Below are positions 1 to 12,399 of a stretch of 64,000 nucleotides of DNA, piece by piece; position 1 is the first letter of the stretch; each line of letters begins with the position of its first letter. The stretch is from NCBI GenBank assembly GCA_046562895.1, contig CM102164.1:32523842-32587841 (forward strand), read 5' to 3'. Both the position numbers and the translations under genes were made by a program. The DNA is from Trichechus inunguis. Its lineage: Eukaryota. Below the pieces are notes generated by a model that did not search any database, was not told the DNA's origin, and saw only the letters and a list, made by a program, of their open reading frames with translations.

Positions 1-125
1 AGCATCCCTACAGGACATTGTAGAACTGCCCCATAGGGTTTCCAAGGAGCGGCTGGTGGATTCAAACTGCTGACCTTTTGGTTAGCAGCCAAGCTCTTAA
101 CCACTGAGCCACCAGAGCTCCCAAT
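1..125 (-). mobile_element. AfroSINE-type tRNA-derived SINE, partial and truncated by the window edge
   Basis: The plus strand ends in ...ggctggtggattcaaactgctgaccttttggttagcagccaagctcttaaccactgagccaccagagctccc. This is the reverse complement of the tRNA-like head GGAGCYCTGGTGGYGCAGTGGTTAAGAGC. Confidence 0.8.
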
Positions 126-864
126 GTCACTAGGGAAATGTAAATCAAAACCACAATGAGGTATCACTTCACACCCACTAAGATGGCTATGATTAACAAA
201 CTGAAAATAACAATGTGTTTCTGTGAGGATATGGAGTAACCCGGAACCGTCGTCCAATGCTAATGGAACTGTAAAGTGACACAGCCACTGTGGAAAACAG
301 TTTGGCAGTTCCTCAAAAATTAAACAGAATTACCATATAATACAGCAATTCCACTCCTAGGTATATACTAAAAAGACTGCAAAGCAGGAACACAAACATA
401 CTTGTTTACCAATGTTCACTGCAGCATTTTTTCACAGTAGCCAAAAGGTGGGAACAACCTAAATGTCCATCAACAGATGAATGGATGAAGAAAATGTAGT
501 ATATACATATAATGGAATATACTCAGCCATAAAGAAAAATGAAGCCCAGATACATGCTATATATGGATGAACCTTGAAAATATTATGCTGAGTGAAATAA
601 GTCAGTCACAAAAGGACAAATACTGTGAACCCATTTGCATGAAATATCTAGATTAGGCAAATGTATAGAAGCCAAAGTTTATTAGTGGTTACCAGGAGCG
701 AGAGGGAGGGGGCATTGCTTAGGTGACACTGAGGTTCTGTTCAGGGTAAAGGAAAAATTTGGAAACAGTGGTGATGATTGCACAACATGATGAACATAAT
801 TAATGTCAATGAATTGTACATGTAAAAAATGTTGAAATGGCAAATATTTTGTTATATATGTTTA

Positions 865-865
<1 letters not shown>
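126..865 (+). mobile_element. Ancient L1 fragment: ORF2 C-terminus plus 3'UTR (L1M-like)
   Basis: Contains the conserved L1 3' motifs aaatgtaaatcaaaaccacaatgaggtatcacttcacacccactaagatggc and ...gaattgtacatgtaaaaaatgttgaaatggcaaatattttgttatatatg. Confidence 0.75.

Positions 866-910
<45 letters not shown>
866..910. repeat. (CA)n microsatellite, about 22 units
   Basis: Uninterrupted acacac... run. Confidence 0.95.
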
Positions 911-912
<2 letters not shown>

Positions 913-1212
913 AGTAGTACCACCCTCAAGCACAAAACTGAAATTCAACCACATTAAAATGACAATTTTCGTTCATAAAAGGTTAACAAAGAGTAAAAGG
1001 ACAAGCCTTAGAATTAGGAGAAGATATTTGCAAACTAACTGTTGAAGGACTATTGTGGTGGTAAGGAATCCTCCCACAAATAAAGAAGACAGACAATAGA
1101 AGAACAGGCAAAAGACAATAGAATAAAGGGCAAAAGACCTGAACAGGCTCTTTTCAAAAGAGGAAATATAAATAGCTAATAAACATAGGCAAAGGCGTTC
1201 AACATATTAACT

Positions 1213-1640
1213 AATCAAGGAAATGCAAATTACAACTACAATGAGATATCGTTACACCCCTATCAGAGTAGCAACATTTTAAGTCTAACAATAGCAAGTA
1301 CTGTCAAAGTGTGGAGCAAAACAAACACTAACATGGCTGGTGAGAGAGTAAAATCATTATGGAGAATATTTTGGCAACATTATTAAAGATAACTCATATG
1401 AATTACCCAGTAATTCCACTCCTAAGTATATGCTCTACAGAAATGAATGTGTATACACCAAAATGTAAAAGAATGCCCACAGCATTCATTGTTTAACATC
1501 CAAAAACTTTTTTAAAAGTTCAACTATCTCAACCAAAAATTATATTCATAAATGGAATACTACTTTGCAGTAAAAATTAATGAATTAGGACTGCACTCAT
1601 CAACATAATTAAATCTCAAAAACAATTTTTAGTGAAAGAA
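1213..1640 (+). mobile_element. Ancient L1 3' fragment
   Basis: aaatgcaaattacaactacaatgagatatcgttacacccctatcagagtagc ... cagtaattccactcctaagtatatgctctacagaaatgaatg is the typical L1 ORF2 C-terminal region. Confidence 0.6.
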
Positions 1641-2249
1641 GACAGAAGAATATATATAGCATAAGTCTGTTCATAAAGCTCAAAAACAAGTAAAACTAAT
1701 ATATATTTTTAGGGATGCATCTATGTGAGTTTAAACTATATAAAGAAAAGCAATGTAATATGATCAAAGAGGAGCACATAGAGGGGGGGTAGTTCTATTC
1801 TATAGTGCTGGTAATGTGTTATCCTTACCTATTAAGTGGCTACACAAGTATTTTCTTTATAATTGTTTGTCAAACTGCACATTCTATCCACTTCTCTAAA
1901 TTTATTTCACAGAAATAGTTTTTTTTTTAATTCCAAGCAGATTAAAGACCCAGAAGTAAAAACAAAAGTTCATCGAAGAAAATAGTATATGATTAACAAG
2001 GATTTCGTAAGGTCATGAAAAGCAAAAACTATAAAGGAGAAGACTGATAAATCCAATACAAGGAAAAACATGTACATAAAAAATACAAACTGAAAAATTA
2101 AACCTAGATTGGGAGAAAATATTGGCAGTGCTCATAACTGACAAAGGATTAGTATGCAGAATAAATAATTAACTTCAAGAAACACATACATACCAAAATT
2201 TTAAATGGGCAAAAGATAGGTACGGGCAAGTCACAAAAAGATGTTCACA

Positions 2250-2590
2250 TAACCTCACCAATAATCAGGAAAATGCATATTAAAACTACATTGACTCACC
2301 ATTTCACACCCATCTGATTGGCCAAATTTTTTAAGCCTGATCATATCAAGTGTTGGTAAGTACGAAGAGCATATTAATATGCTGATAGTAATAACTGGTA
2401 GAACTACTTTGCAGAACAAAGGCAAAACCTCCAAAGCAAAGTTGCCCAGGCCTGATGTGACCCAGCATCCTACTCTAAATACGTATCCCAGGGAAACTCA
2501 CGTGATCAAAGACGTGTTCTGCAAGATTTATTCATTATCATGAAAACCTGGGAAAAATCTGAATGTCTATCAGCAGGAAAACTTAACTAC
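2250..2590 (+). mobile_element. Ancient L1 3' fragment, degraded
   Basis: aaaatgcatattaaaactacattgactcaccatttcacacccatctgattggcc is an L1 [11 protein letters not shown]-type motif. Confidence 0.45.
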
Positions 2591-2899
2591 AACAAATATA
2601 CAATGGAATCTGTATAGCTATTAAAATGAATAAACCAGATTTTACATGGATTAATGTGGGTAAGTCTTAAAACATTGAAAGAAAAAAGCAAATTGCAGAA
2701 TGATAACCTAGAGTATGAAACAACACTATATTGATTAATGGACATAATGTAGTAAAAGAATAAAAAACACGGAATGCTATCAGGGTAGAAATTAACTGGG
2801 GGGGAGTAAGACACACAGGGGCCTCATTCATATTTACAATGGTTTTTTCCTAAAATTGGGTATAAATATTCTTTATATTACTGATACATTTCATTAGAA

Positions 2900-3884
2900 A
2901 GATAATAAACAACCTCCTACCTTGGGCTGGCAAATAATTTTTCTTATATTTTTCTACCTGGGTTCCTGAAGAAATCTGCCTTCTTTGAAAGCAAACTGAT
3001 GGGTTCTGTAGTATGAGAGATAATTTTGAATATAAGTGTTACTCTACATATTAGTACAATGAATGAAACAGAAGTCAACAAACAATAAGATTGTTTTAAA
3101 TTTGATCATTCATGTTGTTTTCAGGTGCCATTATTAAATACCCACCAAAAGGTCTAATCTTAATATAGGCCAAAGTGAAAAAGTTAAATTTTTTTAGAAA
3201 TTAAATGTTCCTTTTGAAATCTAATCATTCTTCATGTTAGGACGTAACATGTAACATAAAACTAAACAGTGTCCTATTGCTGATATTGCTATAATAATAT
3301 TCTATTAGGTCCTGTGCCTCTACTCTATTCCCTTGTTCTCAACAGAACTCATGGTCAAACATCAGCAAAATCTCCTTTGTCTTCAACCTATTGTGTGAAC
3401 ATTTCTCCTTCATGTTCTTGCTCTAACAGAGTCTTCATAAACCCTAGGTCTCCCCTCATAACACTGGTTACCACTGTATTCCTCTCAAGTGATAGAAGTT
3501 TTCTCTCCCACAGAGCTCATACCACTAAGACAAAGGTAGGGTAGATGTCCTTCTTGCGCCACATCATCACTTCCAGCCCAATCACTTTCCCTCCTCCCTA
3601 AATCCACTGCCTCAGCTTTCAATCTCATGTCCTCATACTCATCTTTACCCCTCCCTCATTGCTGCAGTCATCACTCCTGCTCATCCCTTGCAGATGTTTA
3701 GATCCTAGCTTACTGTCATCTTCTCCCTACTCTATTATTATTTTTGCTAGTAAACGATACTTTCAAGACGTTAGCTTCTCATTTTCTTGGCCTACTCTCC
3801 TCAGAGATTTTGTCCTTTATCCTACCTCAGCTATACAATCCAATGGACAATCTTTAGAATTTGTCATTATCAATAACTGCTGCT
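2900..3884 (+). mobile_element. L2 (LINE-2)-like 3' region fragment, low confidence
   Basis: C/T-rich sequence with L2-type phrasing (…ccactgcctcagc…ctcattgctgcagtcatcactcctgctcatcccttgc…). It abuts a SINE insertion. Confidence 0.3.
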
Positions 3885-4262
3885 GCTGTTGTTGTTAAGG
3901 TACTGTCGAGTCAGTTCCAACTCATACAGACCCGCCCGGTGTACCTGGTCCTGTGCCATCCTCACAGTGGTTGCTATTTGAGCCCACTACTGCAGATACT
4001 GTGATCAGACCATGTTCCACGGCTACTCATAAGGTTTTCACTGGCCAGTTTTTTAAGAAATAGATCACCAGGTCCTTCTTCCCAGTCTTAGTCTGGAAGC
4101 TCCACTGAAATCTGTCCACCATGGGCGACCCTGCTGGTATTTGAAATACTGGTGGCATAGCTTCCAGCATCACAGTAACACACAAAGCCACCACAGTATG
4201 ACTAACTGACAGATGAGTAGTGGTCAATAACTGCAATGCCACGAAAACCTCAGTTTTAGGTG
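3885..4262 (-). mobile_element. Afrotherian SINE variant with an AfroSINE-type 3' tail and a non-canonical head
   Basis: The plus strand starts gttgttaaggtactgtcgagtcagttccaactcatacagaccc, the antisense of the shared AfroSINE 3' tail ...gagtcggaatcgactcgacagcacctaacaac. The body differs from the canonical tRNA head. Confidence 0.5.
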
Positions 4263-5593
4263 TGGCCAAGATGGTGGAGTAGTTAAACGCTTCCTATATC
4301 CCTCTTACAACAAAAACCTGGAAAAACAAGTGATTTGATTCTATATGAATATCTAGGAGCCCTGAACAAGGCAAAGTTGAGGAATCCGACTGAGTGACAG
4401 GGGAGAGGGAGACGGTTTGGAAGAAGCGAAGAGCACCAGAGCCGTGGCGGCGAAACTGCAGCTCTGCAGCCACACCAGTTCGCAGTGAAGCAGGCAAACA
4501 GCTGTGCTGTGTGCGCTCTCGGGAAGCAGTTTCCACATTGAGAGAGACCCGGCAGCAGAGATTCTGCTTGGACGCTCCAAACCGTGAAAAGCAGCTCCCA
4601 AGTGGCTAAGATTAAGTACCATGCATTTGGCCTTTCACTGGGATGAAAAAACAAAGCCCATTTGGGAAAAACCTCTCTCCCTTTTACCTCCTCCCTCTGC
4701 GCTCTTTAACGGGAGTCCGCTGGGCCAGAAGTAGATCCCAAAAGGCGCCCTGACCCATTCTCCTGGCCTTGGAGAGGGAACAAATAAGCTAGTGGCTCCC
4801 CTAAGCCAGGAACACAGGGTCGGCACAGCTCCTTTGCTAGGGAGAGGTATAAGGGGTCTGCAGACTCTGAGTGCCTTATACCCCTGTATAGACTTGTGGG
4901 GACCCATCTCAACAGTGTCAGCCCTCATTACCACGGTACAACACAGCAAACATCTGAAGTTTAACTTCAACTGCTTCAGCTGTGAACTGGCAGATTTGTG
5001 ACCCTCAAAACAGCCCTGCCCCTTAAGTAGGTACTTTTATCGATCCGCAGCAGGGGATTGAGGACTGGTGGTATCACCTAAAGCTCCTGGTCACCTGCTA
5101 CAGGAGTCCAAGAAAAAGTGGTGCCCTCGAGGCTTTACAACCAACAGAGTGGGGTGTTCACAGTCCAGCTGCAAAACTCACCTACCTACTCACCCTAGAG
5201 AATAGGGACACGCTTTCCTTTCAGACTCTCAGGGGAAGCCGTCAGCCCCCTGCCTGGCTCAGCACGTGATCCCCTACCACAGCCAGAGTCCATCGCCTGC
5301 GCCAATCACCCATGCCTCTCTAGGAATGGGGTTGAGAGCCTGCATCACACACTTGGCGACCAACTCCCTGGACACCCAAGCTGAACCCATATAGGAAAAT
5401 TTTAATGGACTCCTGTGTGCACATACTTAGTTACAGAACTAACTGCCTGATGACAGGATGTTAGCGATTCAAAGCTGTCAAAAATCAAACTAGTGCAGAC
5501 GAGCAGCCTATTTGGGCATATCAAAACAAAACAAAACAAGAAGCTAGGTCTTACTAAACAAATATAAAATAAAATTATAATAAATTATTGCTG

Positions 5594-6596
5594 GCTTGGA
5601 GACAACAGTCAATACCAAGTCACAAAAAGAGGCAGTCCATGATGGCTTCAGCAAGCTCCTGAAATAAAGAATCAATAAATTCTCTGGAGGAAGAGAACTT
5701 CCTGGAATTAGCAGAGGCAGAATACAAAAGATGAATATACAGAACTCTTCTGGAAATTAGAAAGGAAATTCGACATAATGCAGAAACAGCCAATGAACAT
5801 ACAGACAAAGTAGTAGCGGAACTTAAAAAAAGTATTCAAGAACATAATGACAAATTTAATAGGCTGCAAGAATCCACAAAGAGACAGCAATCAGAAATCC
5901 AGAAGATTAACAATAAAATTTCAGAATTAGACAACTCAATAGAAAGTCACTGGAGCAGAATTGAGGTAGAAGAAGTTAGAATTAGTGATAATGAAGATAA
6001 AGCTCTTGACGCCAACTTATTTGACGAAAAATCAGATAAAAGAATTAAAAAGAATGAAGCAACTCTAAAAGTCATGTGCGACTCTATCAAGAGAAATCAC
6101 TTACGAACGATTGCAGTACCAGAACAGGGGGGGATAAGAGAAAATTGTTAAAGATTTGTTGACAGAAAACGTCCCTGATATCATGAAAGATGAGAATATA
6201 TCTATCCAAGATGCTCATCAAACCCCACATAAGGTAGATCCCAAAAGAAAGTCACCAACACATACTATAATCAAACTTACCAAAACCAAAGATAAAGAGA
6301 GAATTTTAAGAGCGGCTAGGGATAAAAGAAAAGTCATCTACAAAGGAGAGTCAATCAGAATAAGCTCGGACTACTCAGCAGAAACCATGGAGGCTAGAAG
6401 GCAATGGGATAACATATATAAAGCCTTGAAGGAAAATAACTGCCAGCTAAGAATTATACACCCAGCAAAACTGTCTCTCCAATATGATGGTGAAATTAGG
6501 GCATTTCCAGATAAACAGAAATTCAGGGAATCTGCAAAAACCAAACCAAAATTACCAGAAATATTAAAGGGAGTCCTATGGTTAGATAATCAATAA
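5594..6596 (+). pseudogene. L1 #1 ORF1 remnant (start codon mutated; 146-aa C-terminal piece intact)
   Basis: ORF 6156..6596 contains …IMKDENISIQDAHQTPHKVDPKRKSPTHTIIKLTKTKDKERILRAARDKRKVIYKGESIRISSDYSAETMEARRQW…. Confidence 0.8.
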
Positions 6597-7041
6597 CACC
6601 AAATAACAACCCAAGACTAGAACACAGGACAGAGCAACCATATATTGACTCAGATACAGATATCGAAAATACATCAAAGCTAAAAAATTGAAAATAGGGA
6701 AACAGATACCAAAACGTAAAAAAGGACAACATTAAAACAAAAAAGAGAGACTTAAAAAATGCAGACATTGATTTTTCATATGCAGGGGAAGTTAAAGTGA
6801 TATAAAGTAATAAAAGACTGGCATAAACTTAGAAAAAAAGGGGTAAATATTAAGGTAACCACAAAAGAATCTAACAATCCTACAAATCAAAATAAAAAAG
6901 GAGAAAAGCATAAAGACCCAGCAAACACAAAATCTACAACAAAGAAAAACATGAAAAAAAATACATAAAGAAAAATGACTCAGCACAGAAAATTGAGGAG
7001 AACAAAGAAACTGTGAACAATACACAAAAAGAGATATCAGG

Positions 7042-10000
7042 ATGACAGCCCTAAACTCATACCTATCAATAATTATGCTGAATGTTAACAGACTTAATGC
7101 ACCAATAAAGAGACGCAGAGTGGCAGACTGGATAAAAAACCATGATCCATCTCTATGCTGCCTACAAGAGAGGCACCTTAGACTTAAAGACACAAACAAG
7201 CTAAAACTCAAAGGATGGGAAAAAATATATCAAGCAAACAACACTCCAAAAGAGCAGGAGTGGCAATATTAATCCCTGACAAAATAGACTTTAAAGTAAA
7301 ATCCACCACAAAGGATAAGGAAAGACACTATATAATGATGAAAGGGTCAATACACCAGGAGGACATAACTATAATAAATATTTACACACCCAACAACAGG
7401 GCTCCAAAATACCTAAAACAAACTCTAACAGCTCTGAAGAGGGAGATAGACAGCTCCACCATAGTAGTAGGAGACTTCAACATGCCACTTTCGGTGAAGG
7501 ACAGAACATCCAGAAAGAAGCTCAACAAAGACACAGAAGAGCTAAATGCTACAATCAACCAACTTGATCTCATAGACATGTACCGAACACTGCACCCAAC
7601 AGCAGCCAAGTATACTTTGTTTTCCAATGCACATGGAAAATTCTCCAGAAGAGACCACATATTAGGCCATAAAGCAAGCCTAAACAAAATCCAAAACATC
7701 GAAATATTACAAAGCGTATTTTCTGACCATAAAGCCATAAAAGTGGAAATCAACAACACAAAATGCAAGGAAAAAAAATCAAACACATGGAAACTGAACA
7801 ACACCTTGCTCAAAAACTACTGGGTTATAGAATAAATTAAGGAGGGAATAAACAAATTTATAGACTCAAACGAGAATGAAAACACATCCTACCAGAACCT
7901 TTGGGACACAGCAAAAGCAGTGCTCAGAGGTCAGTTTATAGCAATAAATGCACACATCCAAAAAGAAGAAAGGGTCATAATCAAAGCATTAACCCTACAA
8001 CTGGAACAAGCAGAAAGAGAGCAGCAAAAGAAGCCCACAGGCGCCAGAAGGAAGGAAATAATAAGAACTAGAGCTGAATTAAATGAAATAGAGAAGAGAA
8101 AAACAACTATAAGAGTTAACAAGTCCAAAGCTTGTTCTTTGAAAAGATCAACAAAATTGATAAACCACTGACCAAACTGACAAAAGAAAAACAGGAGAGG
8201 AAGCAGATAACCCATATAAGAAATGAGATGGGTATCACAACAGACCAAACTGAAATTAAAAGAATCATAACAGATTACTATGAAAAATTATACTCTGACA
8301 AATTTGAAAACCTAGAGGAAATGGACAAATTTCTAGAAACTCACTACCTACCTAAATTAACACAAACAGAGGTAGAACTAAATAAACTCATAACAAAAGA
8401 AGAGATTGAAAACATTATTAAAAAACTACCAACAAAAAAAAGCCCTGACCCTGATGGCTTCACTGGAGAATTCTACCAAACTTTCAGAGAAGAGACAACA
8501 CCCCTTCTACTAAAGTTATTGCAGAGCATAGAAAAGGATGGAATACTCCCAAACTCATTCTATGAAGCCAGCATAACCTTGATACCAAAACCAGGTAAAG
8601 ACACCCCAAAAAAAGAAAATTACAGACCAATATCCCTCATGAACATTGATAACAAAATTTTAGCCAATAGAATTCAGCAACATATCAAAAAAATAATTCG
8701 CCATGACCAAGTGGGATTTATACCAGGTATGCAGGGATGGTTCAACATTAGAAAATCAACCGACGTAATCCACCACATAAATAAAAGCAAAGAAAAGAAT
8801 AACATGATCATCTCAATTGATGCATAAAAGGCATCTGACAAAGTCCAACACCCATTCCTGATAAAAAACTCTCAATAAAATAGATATAGAAGGGAAATTT
8901 CTCAACATAATAAAGGGTAGCTATGCAAAACCAACGGCCAACATCATTCTTAATGGAGAGAGGCTGAAAACATTCCCCCTGAAAACAGGAACAAGACAAG
9001 GATGCCTTCTATCACCACTATTATTCAACATTGTGCTTGAGGTCCTAGCCAGAGCAGTTAGGCTAGAAAAAGAAATAAAGGGCATCCAATGAGGTAGGGA
9101 AGAAGTCAAAGTATCTCTATTTGCAGATGATATGATCTTATACACAGAAAACCCCCAAAGAGTCCACAAGAAAACTACTGGAACTAACAGAAGATTTCAG
9201 CAAAGTTTCAGGATACAAGATAAACATTCAAAAATCAATTGGATTCCTTTACACCAACAAAGAGAACCTTGAAGAGGAAATCACCAAATCAATACCATTT
9301 ACAATAGCCCCCAAGAAGATAAAATACTTAGGAATAAATCTAACCAGAGATGTAAAAGATCTTTACAGAGAAAACTACAAGATACTACTGCAAGAAACTG
9401 AAAGAGACCTGCATGAGTGGAAAAATATACCTTGCTCATGGATAGGTAGACTCAACATAGTGAAAATGTGAATTCTACCCAAGGCAATCTACAGATACAA
9501 TGCAATCCCGATCCAAACTCCACCAGCACTTTTTAATGAGATAAAGAAACAACAAATCACCAACTTCATATGGAAAGGGAAGAGGCCCCGAATAAATAAA
9601 GCACTTCTCAAGAAGAAGAACAAAGTGGGAGGCCTTACACTACCTGATTTTAGGACCTATTATACTGCCACAGTAGTCAAGACAGCCTGGTACTGGTACA
9701 ACAACAGATACATAGACCAATGGAACAGAGTTGAGAATCCAGATATAAGCTCATCCACCTATGAGCAGCTAATATTTGACAAAGGCCCAAAGTCCATTAG
9801 TTGGGGAAAAGACAGTCTCTTTAACAAATGGTGCTGGCATAACTGGATATCTACATGCAAAAACTGAAACAAGACCCATATCTCACACCAACTACAAAAA
9901 CTAACTCAAAATGGATCAAAGACTTAAATATAAAATCGAAAATGATCAGGATCATGGAAGAAAAAACAGGGACAACGCTAAGGAGCCCTAACACATGGCA

Positions 10001-10700
10001 TAAACACAATACGAACCATAAGTAACAATGCACAAGCACCAGAAGAGAGACTAGATAAATGGGAGCTCCTAAAAATCAAACACTTATACTCATCAAAAGA
10101 CTTCACCAAGAGTAAAAAGACAACCTACAGACTGGGAAAAAAATTTTGGCTACGACAAATCCGATCAGCATTTAATCTCTAAAATCTACAAGATACTGCA
10201 AAACCTCAACAACAAAAAGACAAATAACCCAAGTAAAAAATGGGCAAAGGATATGAACAGGCACTTCACCAAATAAGATATTCAGGCAGCTACCAGACAT
10301 ATGAAGAAATGCTCATGATCATTAGCCATTAGAGAAATGCAGATCAAAACTACAATGAGATATCATCTCACCCCAACAAGGTTAGCATTAATCCAAAAAA
10401 CACAAAATATCAAATGCTGAAGAAGTTGTGGAGTGACTGGAACACTTATACACTGTTGGTGGGAATGTAAAATGGTACAACCACTTTGGAAATTGATTTG
10501 GCACTTCCTTAAAAAGCTAGAAATAGAAGTACCATACGCTCTTTGGAATATATCCTAGAGAAACAAGAGCCATCACACGAATAGGTATATGCATACCCAT
10601 GTTCATCGTAGCAGTGTTCACAATAGCAAAAAGATGGAAGCAACGTAGGTGTGCATCAACAGATAAATGAATAAACAAACTATGGTATATCCACAGAATG
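7042..10700 (+). pseudogene. L1 #1 ORF2 remnant (endonuclease and reverse transcriptase, multiple stops and frameshifts)
   Basis: ORFs 7042..7272, 7215..7835 and 8132..8827 contain [32 protein letters not shown]…, …[31 protein letters not shown]… and …[23 protein letters not shown]…. Confidence 0.85.
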
Positions 10701-11774
10701 GAATATTATGCAACAATCAAGAACAATGATGAAGCTGTGAAACATCGTATAACTTGGTGGAAGCTGGAACTTATTATGCTCAGTGAATTTAGTCAGTCAC
10801 AGAAGGACAAATACTGTATAAGACCACTATTATAAGAACTCATGAAAAGGTTTAAACACAGAAGAAAACATTCTTTGATAGTTACAGGGGTGGGGAGGGA
10901 GTGTGAGGGTTATTCACTAACTAGATACTAGATAAGAATTATCTTAGGTGAAGGGAAGGACAGCACACACTACAGGGGAAGCCAGCGCAACTGGACTAAA
11001 CCAAAGCAAGAAGTTTCCTCAATACAATCAAATACTTTGAGAGACAGAGTAGCAGGGATGCGGGGTCTGGGGACCATGCTTTCAGGGCACGTCTATGTCA
11101 AGTGGCGTAACAAAGCTTATTAAGAAAATATTCTGCATCCTACTTTGGTGAGTGCCGTCTGTGGTCTTAAAAGCTTGCAAGTGGCCATCTAAGACGCATC
11201 AATTGGTCCCAACCACTTGGAGTAAAGGAGAATGAAGAACACCAAAGACACAAGGAAAGTATTAGCCCAAGAGAGAGAATGGGCCACATAAACCAGAGAC
11301 TTCATCAGCCTGAGACCAGAAGAACTAGATGGTGCCCGGCTACCACCAATGAACATCCTGACAGGGAACACAACAGAAGGTCCCTGATGGAGCAGCAGAA
11401 CGATGGGATGCAGAACTCAAATTCTAGTAAGAAGACCAGACTTAATGGTCTGAGACTGGAGATGCCCTGGAAAGCATGGACCCTGGACTCTCTATCACCC
11501 CAGAACTAAAACAATTTCCGAGGCCAACTCTTCAGACGGGATTGGACGGGACTGTGGGACATAAAGTGATACTCGTGAAGAATGTGCCTCTTAGTCGTGT
11601 AGCTACAAGAAACCAAAGGGGCAGCTTCTGTCCAGAGGTGAGATGGGAAGGCAGAGAGAGTTAGGAGCTGGTTGAACGTTCATGGGGAGTCGGGGGCGGA
11701 GGGGAGGAGTGTGCTGTCGCAGAATGGGGTGAACGGTTGGGGTCTCGTAACAATGTTTGTTAAAAATCCTCAAT

Positions 11775-11992
11775 TTTAAAGCACTCTATGAAGTCTCCAG
11801 GTGGTGCAAACGGTTTGCACTTGACCACTAACCTAAATGTTGGAGGTGCAAACCCACCCAGCAGCACCACAGAACAAAGACCTGGTGATCTGCTTCTGTA
11901 AAGATTACAGACAAGAAAACTCTATGGACCAGTTCTACTCTGTAACACATGGGGGTCGCCATGAGTCAGAATCAACTTGACAGCAACAGGGT
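11775..11992 (+). mobile_element. AfroSINE inserted in the L1 #1 tail
   Basis: Sense tRNA-like head gtctccaggtggtgcaaacggtttgcacttgaccactaacc and tail …gggggtcgccatgagtcagaatcaacttgacagcaacagggtggtt. Confidence 0.8.
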
Positions 11993-12399
11993 GGTTGCTA
12001 GTTAGAGCATTCTACAAAATAATTAGTATGGTCTCTTCACAAAGCCAATGCCATTTAATAAAATGCTGAAGTATTTAGGGTAAGATATCATGATTTCTGC
12101 AATTACCCAATTCACAAAAATGGCAAGTTTTAACTGACTGAATCTAGGTAGTGGGTATTCAAGTTTTTGTCATACTATTCTTTTAACTTTTCTCTATTTT
12201 GGAAAGCTTTCCTAATAAAATACTGGGTGGGGGTGTGAGAATCCCACTTTCTGACTACCATAGCCTATCTTTCCAGCTCATTCCTCTAATACCCCATCTC
12301 AACAATGCTTACAGGCTATAGGGTCCTACAATTCATTGATTCATGTTTTCTGTCTCTCAGAACCCTGTATCCTTATGCAGCTTAAACTTACGGTTCAGT

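Larger units (their letters stand above)
4250..11765 (+). mobile_element. Full-length LINE-1 (L1 #1), degraded
   Basis: The 5' end has the ggccaagatggtggagtag motif, followed by 5'UTR, ORF1 remnants, ORF2 remnants carrying many stops, and a roughly 1-kb 3'UTR. The tail is interrupted by an AfroSINE at 11775. Confidence 0.9.

Noticed and set aside
4283-5001. Cluster of 68-123 aa ORFs on both strands (similar clusters occur at 24498-25385 and 28523-29171)
   Set aside because: All fall within L1 5'UTRs. The three clusters are homologous copies of the same UTR, and no consistent frame is conserved between copies.
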